Positions 39,201-53,387 of a stretch of 64,000 nucleotides of DNA are shown in pieces. Positions within the stretch are counted from its first letter, which is position 1, and every line of letters starts with the position of its first letter. The stretch covers positions 1 through 64,000 of the forward strand of contig WELB01000012.1 of NCBI GenBank assembly GCA_009602725.1, given 5' to 3'. Under the pieces are notes generated by a model, which saw only the letters and a program-made list of their open reading frames with translations, searched no databases and was not told the origin of the DNA. This DNA comes from Spirogloea muscicola. Lineage: Eukaryota. A program made the translations under genes and the position numbers.

Positions 39201-42200
39201 GGTCAATCCATTTTGCTTCTGCTGCTGACCCGCCAGCGCAAGCTCGAATGAGCTTAGATTTCGCGACGCGGGAGGCGTACATACATTCAGGAGAAAAACC
39301 TAGGAATATTGGTCAAGAAAGTAGCCTTCACTTGTTAGAAAAGGCCGCTCTTTATGATCATTACAGGCTCGATATTGCAAACTTGCAGGTATAGATACAT
39401 TTTAATTTCCCTTACCCTTTCCCTTACCTCACCCAAGGCAGCCCTTCTCCTCTCCTTGATGTATTGCTGCTTGTATTATTATTGAGCAGTAAACATGCTT
39501 CAGTGAATACATTGTCGTACTGAGCAATGTCAACTTTGACAGGAAGGTTGCACCCGCAATGGCATCAATCCTCTCCTTTTCTGATGTAGGCCATTAATCA
39601 CTTATTATTTGGCAGGTCATCATGGCCCAGCAAGATGAGGATTGGCACGCTATGCTGCGCAGCCAAGTTGTAGATCACGAGCGGCACCTGTTGCAGCCAT
39701 TAAGCTTGCAGCTTACTCTAGATATGTGTGCCTTACAGAATGACAAGACATTGACAAAGCTGAAGGTCTGCATACCTATCTTGCAAGCTGCTTTTCATTG
39801 CAGATGTACTGCACTTCCCACAAATATGGTGAATGTCCACTAACAGAAGTGCTGACATCTGCAGAACAATATGGCTCATCGCCCTTTGGCAATTTGCAGG
39901 TGGGAGGAACAGCTTCCGAGTTGAACTTGCCCCTTAGCCTTGCAAAGTGCCAGGCACTTGGCAAGCTGATTTCCAACCTTGGTAAGCATGTCACATCCAA
40001 GGACAAGTCCACTTCATGTGGCGGAGCATTTTCCCTGCCATCTACGTTGACAAAAGCAGCAGCTGTACAGACGACTGAGGCAGAAAGGTTGAGACCGTGT
40101 GATGAGTCAGAGAGCCTAATGGCTTCAAGACAAGCTAACAACACCACTGTCAGCAGCAGTGACACCACTACTTCTGGCACATCTTCTATACATACTGTGA
40201 TTCCGCAACAAGATCGATCCGAGTTTCTGAATTCTATACAAGTGAGGAGCAGAAGCAATGGGGAAGCAAGCACAAGTGGGCAGCTCCCATCAAACGAGTG
40301 CTGGGGACCAGCAACCCTGGAGCAAAGGTCGGGGTCTGCTGCAACTCCATTATTTCCAGATATAAGCTGTGGGTAATGAATTAGATAGCATATCTTGCAT
40401 CTCTTGCGCTTGAAATGGACAAGAGGCGTGACTGAAGCATTGTAATGGTCATATCACACAAGCCCTTGTGTCGGTACCCTACTTTTCACACTACTAAAAG
40501 TGTACTCCTGTGCTATGCAGTGAAGCAGCATTGGTCGATTTAGCGTTGTTCGTGGAAGTGGTAGTACTTAGCTGGAGCCCTGAAGCTGCAGTACATACTG
40601 GGCTTCTGAGAGCTAGCCCTCCAACATTGGTCGCTCGTGGCAGTGACTGTCGCTTGAGGTACTTCCAGAAGAACAACAAGACAAATAGTTCTGTAGAGTA
40701 CAATGGAGGACCCGCACATACTGTAGGTGCAACTTGGAAGATCATGGCTCCTGATTTTAAAGTCGTCATCCCAGAGGCTGACAGATTCTCTTTTCAGGCT
40801 GAGGCAGGTAGGTTTGGCCAAGAATGCAGTGTATATGCAGTATGACTTTGAATATGACTTTATGATGTGCTGTGACATGCATACCCCTGCATCCCTTCAT
40901 GGGTGGAGCGCTGTCAGTCATGGTACTATCGATAATTATGCTGATGATAGCTAAGAAAAGTTTGGCATAACGCTTGTGTTAGATCTTGTGACACACAGAT
41001 TCTTGTCAGCTGCGTACTACGAATTTACTGGGGGAGGTAACTTTATCCAGGTGTTATGTGATCACAATGAACTTTTCAAGTACAATTGAGCAGAGTGCAG
41101 GGAGGTTGGAGTTAGGTACAAGCTTTGATGCCAAAGTTGTTGGGATTCAAAGCATGCTAAAAGGACAAGATGGCAAGGAGCAAGACTTTCAGATGCCTCT
41201 TCTCCAGGCTTCAAGGGTACAGGTTTGTTAGCATCTTCTGGGTAGGCAAGTATGTTGCATGGAGGGAGGCATGATGCATGGTGTAGTCGATCTCTATATA
41301 TGACTCCCTAGGAAGACTCAAGCACATATGGTGGGACACGGAAGGCATCTCTATTGTTGTCAGACTTCTCTCCTTACTGGCATTTTGATATCTTCAATCT
41401 ATGTGGGCTATGCAGCTGACTTGCTTGATTATGAAGTTGCCACGGAGCAGCAAGAGCAGTCAAGGTCATGATAGTGGCCATGAGGCTGCAAGTGTGACCA
41501 ATGTGACCATCAAATGTGATGGACGTATTGGGGATATCCAAGGGTGGTGTTCCCACCAGATCCTAAAATTTGTCTCATCATTCGAGTTGGAACACTTAAG
41601 GCGTGCACCACTTTCTTTAAGTGATGGAACGGAGATCTCTGCGCAGTTCTATGTGGAGAAGTTAAGCTACCACTTGGGTGACAGCAGAGTATGTCCTGTT
41701 ACTCTTTTCTCAGCGAGGGGCACAAGACATAGATATGCACAGGGGTTAGAGATTACTGAGTCTAGGTTATTTTAGGTACTCAGTGCAGCCAAATGTCATT
41801 GCTGCTTACTGGTATCAAATTACACACAGAATCCAGTTGGATTTATTGAGAGCAGAGTTGTAGCTTGTGGAGCTACTCGTGGATGCGTTGGGCAACATGC
41901 TCTATCAATTGCAGGGGGAAGTTAGTGACCAATTTCCAACAACAAAGCGCTGTTGATTGCAGTGGAAGTTTGATGCACCAATTTTAGATTGTTGTCTGCG
42001 GGAGCTGAATGTATCTGGTCAGCTTCTCAACCTGGAGGCAACAGCATGCGTATCGATGGAGCTAAATTTGAACTACCACAACACACACAAGGTTTGCTGA
42101 ACGTTAAAGCTGAATCTCCTCCGTTGTTCCATCTTCTAAATTACTGCAGGACTTTCTACTTTACTGCAGGAATGATGAGGCAACCATTGGCCCCAGTCTG

Positions 42201-45200
42201 GATCGCAGGCAGAACTACGTGTTGTACTGCTATCTTGCAGGAGCGGTAGCAGCACGTGGTGACTCCTCATGTCATATTGAGTAGCTTCAGGAGCCTCATC
42301 AATGTTGCCTAATGACTGCTTCCCTGCATTCTCCCTTGCCTAGGCGGCTTGGGAGCCAGCTGTTGAGCCTTGGCTCCTGCAGGCTGCAGCAGTGTGGGCT
42401 CTGGAGGCCCTCCATCCAGTCTCTGTTTCGAGATCGAGCTACAGTCTAACATCAACAGCCATGCTAAATTGCAACATCACCCCAGCTATGGCTCAGGCAT
42501 GGCTGCTCTGCCATCAAGTGAACCTGCAAAAATTTTATCAGCAGTACTACTGGCTGTGACTAGGTATGGGTTGGGTGGCATTGCTTTCGATATGAGATCC
42601 TTCCTTGCACTTCCAAAATCAGGCCGTTGATCCTGCATCTAGCTCTGCAGGCTATGAAACGAGCCGTGGAGATATTGCAGGAAAGTGGTCAGATCGTGAG
42701 CGACAAAACCTTAGCATCCTCTCGTCCATCTCCTTCGCATGATGGGAGCCGCACAAAGACGCCTCTCACAAGTGATGTCACCAGCAGTGATCTGTATGCC
42801 CCTTACTCATTGCGCAACCTGACCGGTGAAGTAATGAGGTACTGGCTAAGCAATGGCAGTGAGGTTTATCAGCCAGGCAGCAGTGCTACCTCTGGAACTC
42901 TCCTGCCTGGTATGGACGTGCCTCTCTGGTTCGATGGGATGGAGGAGCTGCAGACTGACCAAGATAGTGGTAATGCACCTAGTGCCACTGCTTGTGGCAT
43001 TCATTCCTCTTAAGTGTCTATTGGTCTGCAAGAAATGGGACGTTGCTCATGACATTCACTTGTCTGGATCTCACCTAAATTCCTAACTGGTTGACAATCT
43101 CGCTGCAAATGCAGAACGCAGAGACGCACAGAAGAAGAGGCAGAGGGCTCGCCATAGGTGCATAAGCATACAATTAGATGGCATGTCACTTCCATCTTCC
43201 CCGATCTCTGTTGAGCTCGTTGGCACTTGGGCATTTCTCGCTTCAATGGCTGGCCTAAAAACTGGGAGTGAAAAGGGCTCAGCTGGAGAGTTGGCAACGC
43301 ACTACACGAGCAGCAGCAACAGCCGCGCGGGAGAAGATGGAAAGATGTGGAGCTCATACCCAGATCTGACCATGCTGGAGCCCAAAGACAACCTAGCAAG
43401 TCTGGAATTTGTCAGTGCCCTTGTATGTGAAGTGACAATGCAGCGATATTGTAAGCAAATAAGCTTCCGTTCCACGGTACTCATCTACACATCTACCTCC
43501 AATTCTAGCTGCACCTTTGTCTGCTGTCGTATCACCGTGCAGCCATATTAGCTTGCATGCCACATGGTGCTGCAAATGCTAAGTCAACATGTGCGTCTTG
43601 ACTGCTTCCAGGTTTCTCTTCAGAATGCAACGATGGTACCTTTGGAGATTCGTTTTGACATTCCAATTGCTCCCAATCCTACGGTCATGGCTCCAGTGCC
43701 ACCTGGCAAGGTCATGCACATTCCTGTCCATCTTGCGGAGACGGGTGACATGAGATGGCGGCCATACGGCAGCGGGCATCAGTGGAGCGAGAAACAGCAA
43801 CTGCCCAAGCTTCTTCAGCACAGCGGCCCTGCTCGGACAGTTGCCTGCACTAAATCCAGCCCTGGAGGTGCTCCATTTCGTTTCTGCATTGACATAAGTC
43901 GAGAGACCCTGAACATCCTTCCAGCAGGTCAGCAACAAGCCTTTGAGGGCAAAAAACTTTCAGCTAGTACCGTGGAGAGCTGCATGTGGATAACTCTGTA
44001 GTATTTTTCAAGAAGGTATTGATGATACCTGCTCCATTGTGTGGCGGCCAGAAGGGGCAAGAGACAAGCATGCTGCTCCAATACGCCATAAGAGTGCAAG
44101 GCGTGAGGAACTTATCCCCTTTACCAGGCCTGTTGGACGGGCTGCCCATTTTCAGCAACCGACTAGTTGCTCAATGTGGAACATTATCGTCCACCCACCC
44201 CTTCTTATACGGAACCACTTGCCTTGCCAATTCAAGGTATCAATTTTTGGACAAGGTGGTGTTGTAGCTGTGCACGAACTCAGAATCATCCAGGCAAGCA
44301 GTTGCTTCGCTTTTGTCCTCCCTACTTCTTTCTCATCAAGACCTGGTTTCATTTGCACATCTGGTCAGTGACTTCGTCCATAATTTAAGTGATGTTGCTA
44401 TTGACTGATAGGCTTGTGAAGCTAGATATCCGTTTCGGAAGGAGGCGTGTCATGGAATAGCCCCATCCTCTTCTATCCATCTTTGTTTCTGTCATTGTGG
44501 TTCAGGGTCAGTTTAAGAACTTCTTTGAAAGCTGTATCCTCTCAGCCTCATGGCTACGCGCAAGTGGCACATGTCACTTTTAGAAACCTTGGGAGCAGTT
44601 CCTTTCCTGCCAGCCACAAGGCCAAAGCAGACACTTTAAGCAACTAAGCCAACAGTGATTTGGGGTGCAGGGTGCTCTGGCTCATGTATACGAGGTGGAC
44701 GCTGTACATGATCTTCAGATGTGCTTTGAGTTGGAAGGCTTTGAACGGAGTGGATCAGTATATCTTCCACGAGCTTCTATTCTGAGTGCTGAAGCAGGCC
44801 TGAGTCTTGTGGACCACAAGGACTGCACTTTACCAGCAGCTTCTGTGTTTCTTCAACCAATTTCAGCAACTGGTTAGACTCATCACCCCTCAAACTGACA
44901 ATATGGCATTTACTTCGGCCATATAGGAATGCAGTTTGTAATGTGAGGCACAGAGTAAGGTAGCAACCTCAGCTTGCTGCATATGGTTGTGCAGGACTGC
45001 CTTTGTCTTTGGTGCTGCAGTGGACAGTGAATGCCGCCTGTGGTACCAGGCAGGTGGCTGTGGCGGCTCCTTTCTTGCTCTATAATGCAACGTCTCTCCC
45101 CTTATCAGTCACAGATGGCGAGAGAGACGTTGCCTTAGGTATTGTTGCCCAGATCCTGCTCGGCAGCAGGCAAGAAGCAACGCCATCCGAACGGCTCGAG

Positions 45201-48200
45201 TGTGGGGACTTCAGTGTACCATCCTTGACAAGCGTCACAAGCCCTTCTGCTGCAAGGCCAAGAGGGCTGCTTGATGCTCTGCCAGGACCGGATGACCTCG
45301 GTGGGAGTCAGGGAGCTCCAGTAGAAGGGAAAGCAGGGAAAGGAGCTCCGTCAGAAGGAACAACTCTGCTGAGGAGTATGACATTACCGACCAGATTTGC
45401 AGACACTGCGGACGTCCAGAGCAGCTTGGGACTGGCATCAGCCTCTGCTAGTCACTTGGCAGATATGGAGGCTCTGCTACTGACAAAGAGGCTGCGAGAT
45501 CAGCTTGCAAAGGACAGCAAGGAGGTGGGACTCTATTCACCTCCAAAAAGGCGAGAACAGCGGGAGCCATGTCTGAAGCTGGGATACCAAGGGATGTGGA
45601 GTGAAGCGATGCCGTTGGAACCTCCTGGTGCAGTTGCAGTAGTGTCTATTCCACAGCGAAGAGGGCATGGGGCGTACATTCTTGCTCTTTCTGTAACACA
45701 TCCTGTTGACCTGCCTTTGACAAAGATACTTACCTTCCAGCCCAGGTCCGTCAGCTCAAGCAAGTAGTCTTAGCTCCACGAGCATTTCGCGAGCCCGTCA
45801 AGCCCATCCCCAGATCTGGTTTCTTCTGCTCGACCTGCTGACTTGTGCATTAGTGCATGTCCTCTTGTGAAATCATCTGATATCTAGTGCATGTCCTTGT
45901 ATACTATCATATTGATGAGGTTAATCAAGGCTTAATGACGCTGCACTCTCACTACACACAGGTTTGTTCTTGTGAATGGGATGGGAGTGGATGTTTGTTA
46001 CCGTCAGCAGGGGACTGACACCTTTCTGCGCCTGCCGGCTGGCGATCACAAGCCCCTCCATTGGACAAATATACAGCGGTACAGCTGTTTGTTTCTTTCT
46101 CTGCGAGTAATCTAATGTTTGACCTGAATATGAGAGCTTCAATGATGCATTGTGATGCTATGATGCTATGTACTGTCGCATTCTTGCTGTAGCTTGCAAT
46201 GCCATGCTGGCCAGCTCGTGCAAGTTGGAATTGATTGGCAAAAACCTGATCTTGGGCCCCACAGGAGCCTGCTTGTCTGCACGAGAATTGATGAACATGG
46301 TTGGGACTGGTCGGGAGGTTTCGCGCCAGAGAAGCTTGGAGATACACAGTTGAAGCTACGCAATGTTGTGACTGGAGAAATCCACATGGCCAGGGTCAAT
46401 GTTAGTACACCGAAGCCGAATGACGGGGCTCTGGCAGAGCCTGCAAGCCAGAGTGTTAATAGGAGTGGGACCTGTATTATCCTGATGACGCAGGATGAGA
46501 CGCAGTTCATGCCCTATCGTATTGAGAACTTATCCACCGAGGTACGAAGACTTGGACCATCCAGGATAGTAAGAGCCAAAGCTAGCTGAATGGTTTCCGT
46601 GCTAGTTGCATAGTATGTCATTGGACATCCGCAATCGTCGCAGTTATATTACTCTGCAGACTGCCACTCATAATAATTCTAATCCATCAGCTCGGCATTT
46701 GAGCTTCTAGTGTAGGCCGTACTTGAACGAAAAAGTGACATGTTGAATGCAGACCCTCATTTTCTATCAGCAACGATGTGAGACATCAAGAGACACATTA
46801 CGACCTTACAGTTCTTGCCTGTATGCATGGGATGAACCATGTTTGCCTTACAGACTTGTTCTCAAGGTGCACAATACGTATACTTTTCCGACATCCTTAC
46901 ATTCATGCACCATAGTTTGTTGGACTACTGTGCACAGCAGCTGTACAATTTGACAATATGCGCTCCCCAAGGAGCTCCTCATTGGACCTGGTTTCTGATT
47001 CAAGAATGTTCATCCACAAGGGTGATGCACATTGGCTTTTGCAGGTCAGAGGAGCTACATTGGGTACTTATCAATTAGATGAAGTCAAGCAGCATGGACA
47101 AACCACACTAGCTGCAACTGCACAGGTTGGTGTTTATCTACATCGTAAAACTGCATCAAAGATCTTTCATGTCAATGCTGATCTGCAATGCATAGGATGA
47201 TGGCAGTTGCTCCTTGTGCTGCTAACCTTATGCTCCTCACCTCCTCTTGCATGCAGCGACCTGAACGGCATCTCCAAGTGTCAATCTCCTCGGAGGGTCC
47301 AACTCGGGTACGCTTTGGATGAAGCAGTGCTCCTAAGAAACTCAAAGAAGACTTATTCCTGTTAACATGGAGTCTGTATATTATGGAAGCATGTGCAGGT
47401 AGTTGTCTGGCAGCCCATCATATACATTGACCTCATCGTTCTGGAGTCAAGGCAGTACACCATGGATACTCATAGAAGAGCATATGATCGTGCAGGTACT
47501 CAAGGTGATGGATCTCGACTTACATGTGGTGGAAGACAATCCTGAGGTTGCATCCTTCAGCAATAAATACCAGAAGGCGACAGCAGCCGGCTTTGTACCT
47601 CCAAGTTTACAATTTTTGGAATCCGAGGTCAACATTACGCTGGACAAAATCGGCATCTCCATAATTGACTCAACTCCCCAGGTACAGATCAGAAAGTCCC
47701 TCTGACTTTCACAGTCACAAAGCAACTGGCAGTGACTTATAATATCACGTCACAAGTCTTAGAGTTGAAGCAATTTTGTGAGATGGAGCAGATACATCCA
47801 GTCCACAATGGGCAGTCGCAGACACCACAGTTTGCTCTACCAGTGTATAGTGCCTGTAGATGACAGTAATTTCAAGCGCAAGGCCATTTGCAAGAACTGA
47901 TTGCTGCAAATTACTGCAGCTTCTGCAAAAGCTTTGCACAAGGGGACTTACTATACTCAACTGTACCTGCAGGAAATAGTCTACGCATCTGTGCAGGGTT
48001 TATCATGCTGTTATCAGAAGGGGCACCTGCAGCAGCTGCTAGATGTTCAGGTCCAAGCCCTGCAGGTTGATAATCAGCTCCAGTATGCCACTTTCCCGGT
48101 ACTTCTGTCTTCTGTACCAACTGCAGGCGCTATTGCCACCTTGGGCTCTTTTGAAGTTGCTGAGAATGTCAGTTCTCTGGCTGCCCTCTCGATATTGGCA

Positions 48201-51200
48201 ATCAAGTGGCGGCAACCTGTTGGTTTGGTCGACTGCTTCCAAGACATCTGCATAACGTACAAATCTGTCACCCTCCTCTTGGTTAGCCAGCCCTGGATTT
48301 TCTTGTTTTTGGCGAGTCTACCTACTTTCTGCTCTATTTCTCGCCGCGGCTGACTTAGCAGAGTCAGGCTGTCACAGAGCATATCCAATTTTGTCTTTTA
48401 GCAAGACATTATGCAAGCCTATCGGACAAAGGAACTGGATTTTGACCTTTCCATTGTACTGTTGTCTGCAGTCTAGCGCCCTTAAGATTGGAGTTGGAAG
48501 AGCGCCTCTTCCTACGTCTTCTGGATGTCATGCACCAAATATTAGCTCTGAATGGGCGCCAGGAGACTCTTATTGAAGCTAGGGCTTCTGATTATAAACT
48601 TCCAGTCACGTCGTCAAGCATGACCAGCCCAAGCCCAAGAAGGAGCACAGGACATTCTCTGGGCCGCCTTGCTGGGACCAGGGCCAATTCGGACTCGGAC
48701 CTCCCTGCCCTCGGCGCCAAGGCTGAAGCCAAAGAGACTGCTCAGTCTGCAGCTAAAAAGCACAAAGTCGCAGAGGCAGAGCATGGAATATATTATGCAG
48801 AGAATAATGCCCGTATCATCACAACCATGAGCACAGGGGGATTGCCTCAATATCTGCATGCTAGAGCAGATGACGATGTTATGATCACTTTGCCACCAAA
48901 TCGGAGGAAAGTATATGTGGAGAAGCTGCAAGTTGCCAGGGTGGACATACTACTCAGCTTCTGCAGTGAGCCCTGGCTGCAGCAACAGAAAAGGGGTGCT
49001 GCTTGGAGTCTTCTGGAGTCTGCTGGCTTTGTGCTGCAGGTACGGGCTTGTGCCTGGAACTGTCTATCTAGGCAGTGTTCCCTGCTGTTTCTATTTTCTG
49101 CAAAGGCTGAGATGGCTTGGCTTTCCAGGAGTTTGTTTGATTGTCCAATAAGTAAAGCGTGGCTTTCCTAATGAGTTAATCGCTGAAGGCCTGCAGTACT
49201 GTAGCTTTGTGCATTCTGACTTGATAACCTGCCTCGACTTCGATATTGTAGAGGCGGATGCTTGCACTGGCGGACGTCGAGGAGGCCTCTGTGCATTTGA
49301 AAGAGCTGACTCTCCGCCACCCATTGGGAAGCCTAGAGGCACTCCGAGACATGGTAGGTAGGCACTATGTGAGACAATTCTTGCAGGTCTCCTACCAGAT
49401 TTTGGGATCAGCAGACTTCCTTGGCAACCCAATCAATTTTTTGGCAACTCTGGGGTCTGGCTTGTGGGACTTTCTGGCTTTTCCTGTTGTAGGTCTTGCT
49501 CGGGTACGCCTTCAACCTCCCAAGGAATTGAAGCCTATCGTACTTGTGTGCTGCTGCTTACCTTTCTTGCCTGACTGGTGTCTCTCTGTATTACGTTAAG
49601 CATCCCAGACTATATCTCTTCATGCATGCTCACCAGCATTAGTGCTCCTGATTATTGTAATATGCCATGACCCATGTTGTACTTCCTTCTTAGTCCTTCC
49701 TCGGGGTGAGTACTCTGATGCTATTTCAACAGTCTGGTCCATGCAATGTCTCCTACGCAGAGTCCTCAAGAGTTCAGGCATGGTGTTACCAAAGGTACAC
49801 GGAGCTTGGTAAACAAGACAATATTTGCGTTCAGCAATGCTGCTGCTAGAATGAGCGGTGCTGCAAAAAAGGGCGTGGCAGCTTTGGCGCTAGACCACCA
49901 GCTTGAGTCCAGCGTGGTGGTGCGTACCTGTCCCTTCGCTAACATTTCATGCTAGAGAGAGTGTCCTTCAAAATCTACTTCCAAGGCATGTCATGCTCGT
50001 CATTGAAACGAAAAACTGTGGTAGAGGTCACATTGATCTGAGGCCTTCAGTAGCGGTGGTGTGAAGTGGACACAAGGACGTCCACATGCGCAGGGGTATT
50101 GTGAATTTCGTTGTGCTTGTTGGCTACTGTCTGCTTCTGATGGCCCCTTTTTCTGTTCATTCAGGACACAAGCATCTTCAATGTCTTCTTAGAGGCTTTG
50201 ACTGGAGCACTAGAGCTTCCAGTCAGGGGCGCCGAGCAGAATGGCATTCTAGGGATGCTGAAGGGTGCTGCCATTGGCCTCCTGGGGTTGGCGGCCAAGC
50301 CAACAGCCAGCCTGCTCGAGCTTGCAACAAGGACTGCTCACAGCATACGAAATAGCACGCAGCCCCTCAACTCGAGGCCAAGACGAGCGAGGCCCCCGCG
50401 CCACCTCAGTGCTGACTCGCAGCTAGGTTTATACAGCTGGGAGGAGGCTCTTGGCCAGGCCGTGCTCCTCGAGGCACTGAATGGACGGCTTCAGGAAGAG
50501 GTATGAAGTGAGATCTGTAAGGAGGTGTGTACTTTTGAAAGCACTGTTGCTCCTCGTAGCAATGATTATGCCCTTCAGTTGCTCCCTGAGTGGCGCCGTT
50601 GTTAAGGCTCCCGCTTGGCGTTGCAGGTGTATGTGACCTGCAAGCCCCTGCGAGAAGACAGCACAGTGGCTCTGCTGACACGGGAACGATTGTTGTGTGT
50701 TAAGAGCTTGCTAAGTGGCCACTTGCCTCTAGGCCCAGAGTGGCAAGTGCAGTGGGAGGCGGAATTGTTAAATGTTCTGCAACTCAACCAAGTTGGCTCA
50801 CAACTGACAGGTGTGCTCTATTTTGCCAGTTGTTCCAGCTGCTCTCGCCTCTATCCGCTTGCCTAGTAGGACAGTCATAAGGTCTTCTAGTTGTCCCAGC
50901 AAAAGCTTTGACGCTTAATAGTCTGCAAGTACATGGCCTGTCTTGCTTTTATCCTCAGCTTCCCTGCCGACGAAGGGACTCACTGGATATTGGCTTGGCC
51001 TGCAGCCTTGGTCATGATGCCAATCAGTACCTGGGGTGAAGCAAGTAGGACAATGGCACTTACGCGGAAAGTCGTGCCTTGGCGGAGCTCGCCACTCGGG
51101 GTTTGGCTTTTCGACTTCATGGACGAAGAAGCTGCCAGTAGCTTCCAAGCGTCTATCCAGTGGGCTCTTTCCAATGCCGAGCACAGTCAGGGGGTCCTTA

Positions 51201-51265
51201 CATCACGTGCCCGCTTTGCCCGCTTTGGGGGCCGCTTTGCAGCAGCCCTTGCAGCTTTGCCATGA
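33265..51265 (+). CDS. VPS13: VPS13 lipid-transfer protein, resembling plant VPS13X (multi-exon)
   Basis: Chorein N-terminus MFEGLVHQLVAGYLG...VLLENVEL...RVGKLRLQVPWKKLGWEP, IIDNVQVSVSNIHLRYED, WRKWWQYA, WEPAVEPW, PYRIENLS, YAWDEP, LQVDNQL, ILGSADFLGNP, GLTGALELPVRGAEQNG and RARPPR. Some middle exon boundaries are uncertain. Confidence 0.94.
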
Positions 51266-51399
51266 GCTGTCTAGACTCGAATTTGCCTCCTTGAGTGGTT
51301 GCGGATTGGTGTAGCCCTTCAATTTGGTTGCTCCACGCTGGGGCCGAGGGAGGCCGTCCCTCTCCTTCTGTGCTGCTGGGGCTAAAGAGAAAGACGCTT

Positions 51400-52842
51400 C
51401 CAGTAGAGGGCGGTGGCTGTGATTGGCCAGCCCAGAAAAGACTGGGGGGCTTTTAACCCCAGACCTTGTACATTCCTTCGGGCTGGCCTCTCACAGCCAC
51501 TGCCTTACATAAAAACAGCTGTTTCTCCTTCACGTTTCTTTGCATCGCCGCGCTGGTCGCGCCCTTGCAGCAGCCTCTGGCTTGCGCAGCGGGGTTGCTC
51601 TTTCTCCCCTCAGCTCATCTGATTTCCTACTGCTGACACGGGGTTAACTAAGAGCGCCCTGGCTGCCTAGCCTGTGGCTCCGTCATGAACACCTGTATGC
51701 ATCTGGCTGGCTTTCACAGCCGCTCTTTTAATATCAGCAGCCATTCGTTTCACAGAAGTGGTTCTCCCAATGGGGGCAATTGCTGTGAAACGCCAGCCTT
51801 CACAGCCCCCGGCCCCCTCTGGAAGCTGGTCGAGCCCTAGCTGGTGGCACAAGGGCTTGTCACTTGCCGTACAGTACCAATTAGCGACCTCTACGTGCTG
51901 ACTCGTGGTTACTGAGCGGGTGGGCTTAGCAGCAGGTGATGTGCATCTGTCAGTGTGCTTGCCTTGGTGTTTGGCCACTCAGGCCCTCCACCACTCAATA
52001 TACACTCCATGCCTTTGGAGGAGCTCACCTTCTTGCTGCTGGGCATCTCCATCGACACGGCCTGTTCAATCTGCCATCTCCTCCACGGACCCGTGGTTAG
52101 CGAGGGCACAGCAGCGGGGCGACCTTGTTAAATCTTCTCGCGGGCTGGCCCGGTGCAGCTCCTCGCCCCCCAGCGGAAGAGCTGCTTCGTCCACTTCGGA
52201 GCCGACGGCGGGCCAGGCGGGAAGAAAACAGCTCTTCCTAACATTGGAAGAGCGGTTTGTTTTGGGAGTGCTCACTTCTTCGGGGTGGCCCTCTCGAACG
52301 GCTGGCTCTCCCAGAAGAAGGGCCCGCCCATCGAGGATAGGGGCTGGAAAAAGCCAGCCCAGAAAAGAATGAACAAAGGACGAGAAGGGGCCAGGGGAAG
52401 CACTAAGAACAACAAGCACAAAAAAGAGCAAGCGCGGCCAGATTAACTGGTGGCTGGGAGAGGCCAGCCCAAAAGAATGGACAAGGTCTGAAGGAGTCGG
52501 AGTGCTAAGGACTGAGACAGCAGTAAGCGAACTCTCAGTAACCTCTCGAAAAAGAGACGAAGCAGCTACGAAGCACTCAGTAACCCCTGCTAAGCAGCCT
52601 CAGGTCAGAGAGACTGGGTTCCTGGAAGCGGGTTCCCTGGCCAGAGCCAGAGGCAGCTCTCCCAGAGAGAAAGGGCTCGCCCATTGAGGATAGGGGCTGG
52701 AAAAAGCCAGCCCAGAAATGAATGAACAAAGGACGAGAAGGGGCCAGGGGAAGTACGAAGAACAACAAGCACAGAAAAGAAACGAAGCAGCTACGAAGCA
52801 CTCAGTAACCCCTGCTAAGCAGCCTCAGGTCAGAGAGACTGN
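51400..52842. mobile_element. Nest of CRE-like 3' ends including a head-to-tail tandem of family C
   Basis: A family A end at ~51820-52010 (+). Family C units on - (EPSLSDLRLLSRGY* + UTR + hairpin) are repeated at ~52320-52620 and ~52670-52842. The insert 52429-52548 is flanked by AAAAAGAG duplicates. Confidence 0.82.
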
Positions 52843-53348
52843 CCTCCCTTTGTAAGAGTTTCTATTTCCAAGTAACGTCCTTTAGAGCCCTCCCTCTCTC
52901 TTCCAGGCCCCCATTCTCCCTCCCCTCGAAGGCCCTCCCCTCTCCCCGCCCGCCGCAGCCGGCGCCAGATGCCGAAAGATTCCCCTCTCACGGGAGGGGG
53001 GGACGGAAGGCGCACCTCCGCCGTCCTCTGCGGGGAAAGATGCTCCCGCGGGTCGACGCCGGAGCTCGCGGCCGCCCTGCCGGCCCCAAAAGGGGGGGAT
53101 CGGCAGGCCCCGGCAGAGGAAGGTGCCACCCCTCACCCCCCGGAATCCCCCGCGCTTTAAATCCGTTTCAGTGTGGGAGGTATCCCTTACCGGGCGGTCG
53201 TCGGAAGCGGCCTGCCTGGCATTCGCCGACAGGTTCGGGGTTGGAAGACCGTGCTTCGAACCCCCGCCATGGAGGACCCCCCCCCTACCGTGGCGCGAAC
53301 GGCCCCTCCCATCCTGCGCGCCTACCTTGCCCGCCTGCCGCCACCCGC

Positions 53349-53387
53349 GCCGCCGCCGTCGCCGCCGCCGCCGCCGCCGCCGCCGCC
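53349..53387 (+). repeat. (GCC)n repeat abutting the PEPCK start codon
   Basis: Seen directly; it ends in GCCGCCATGG. Confidence 0.95.
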
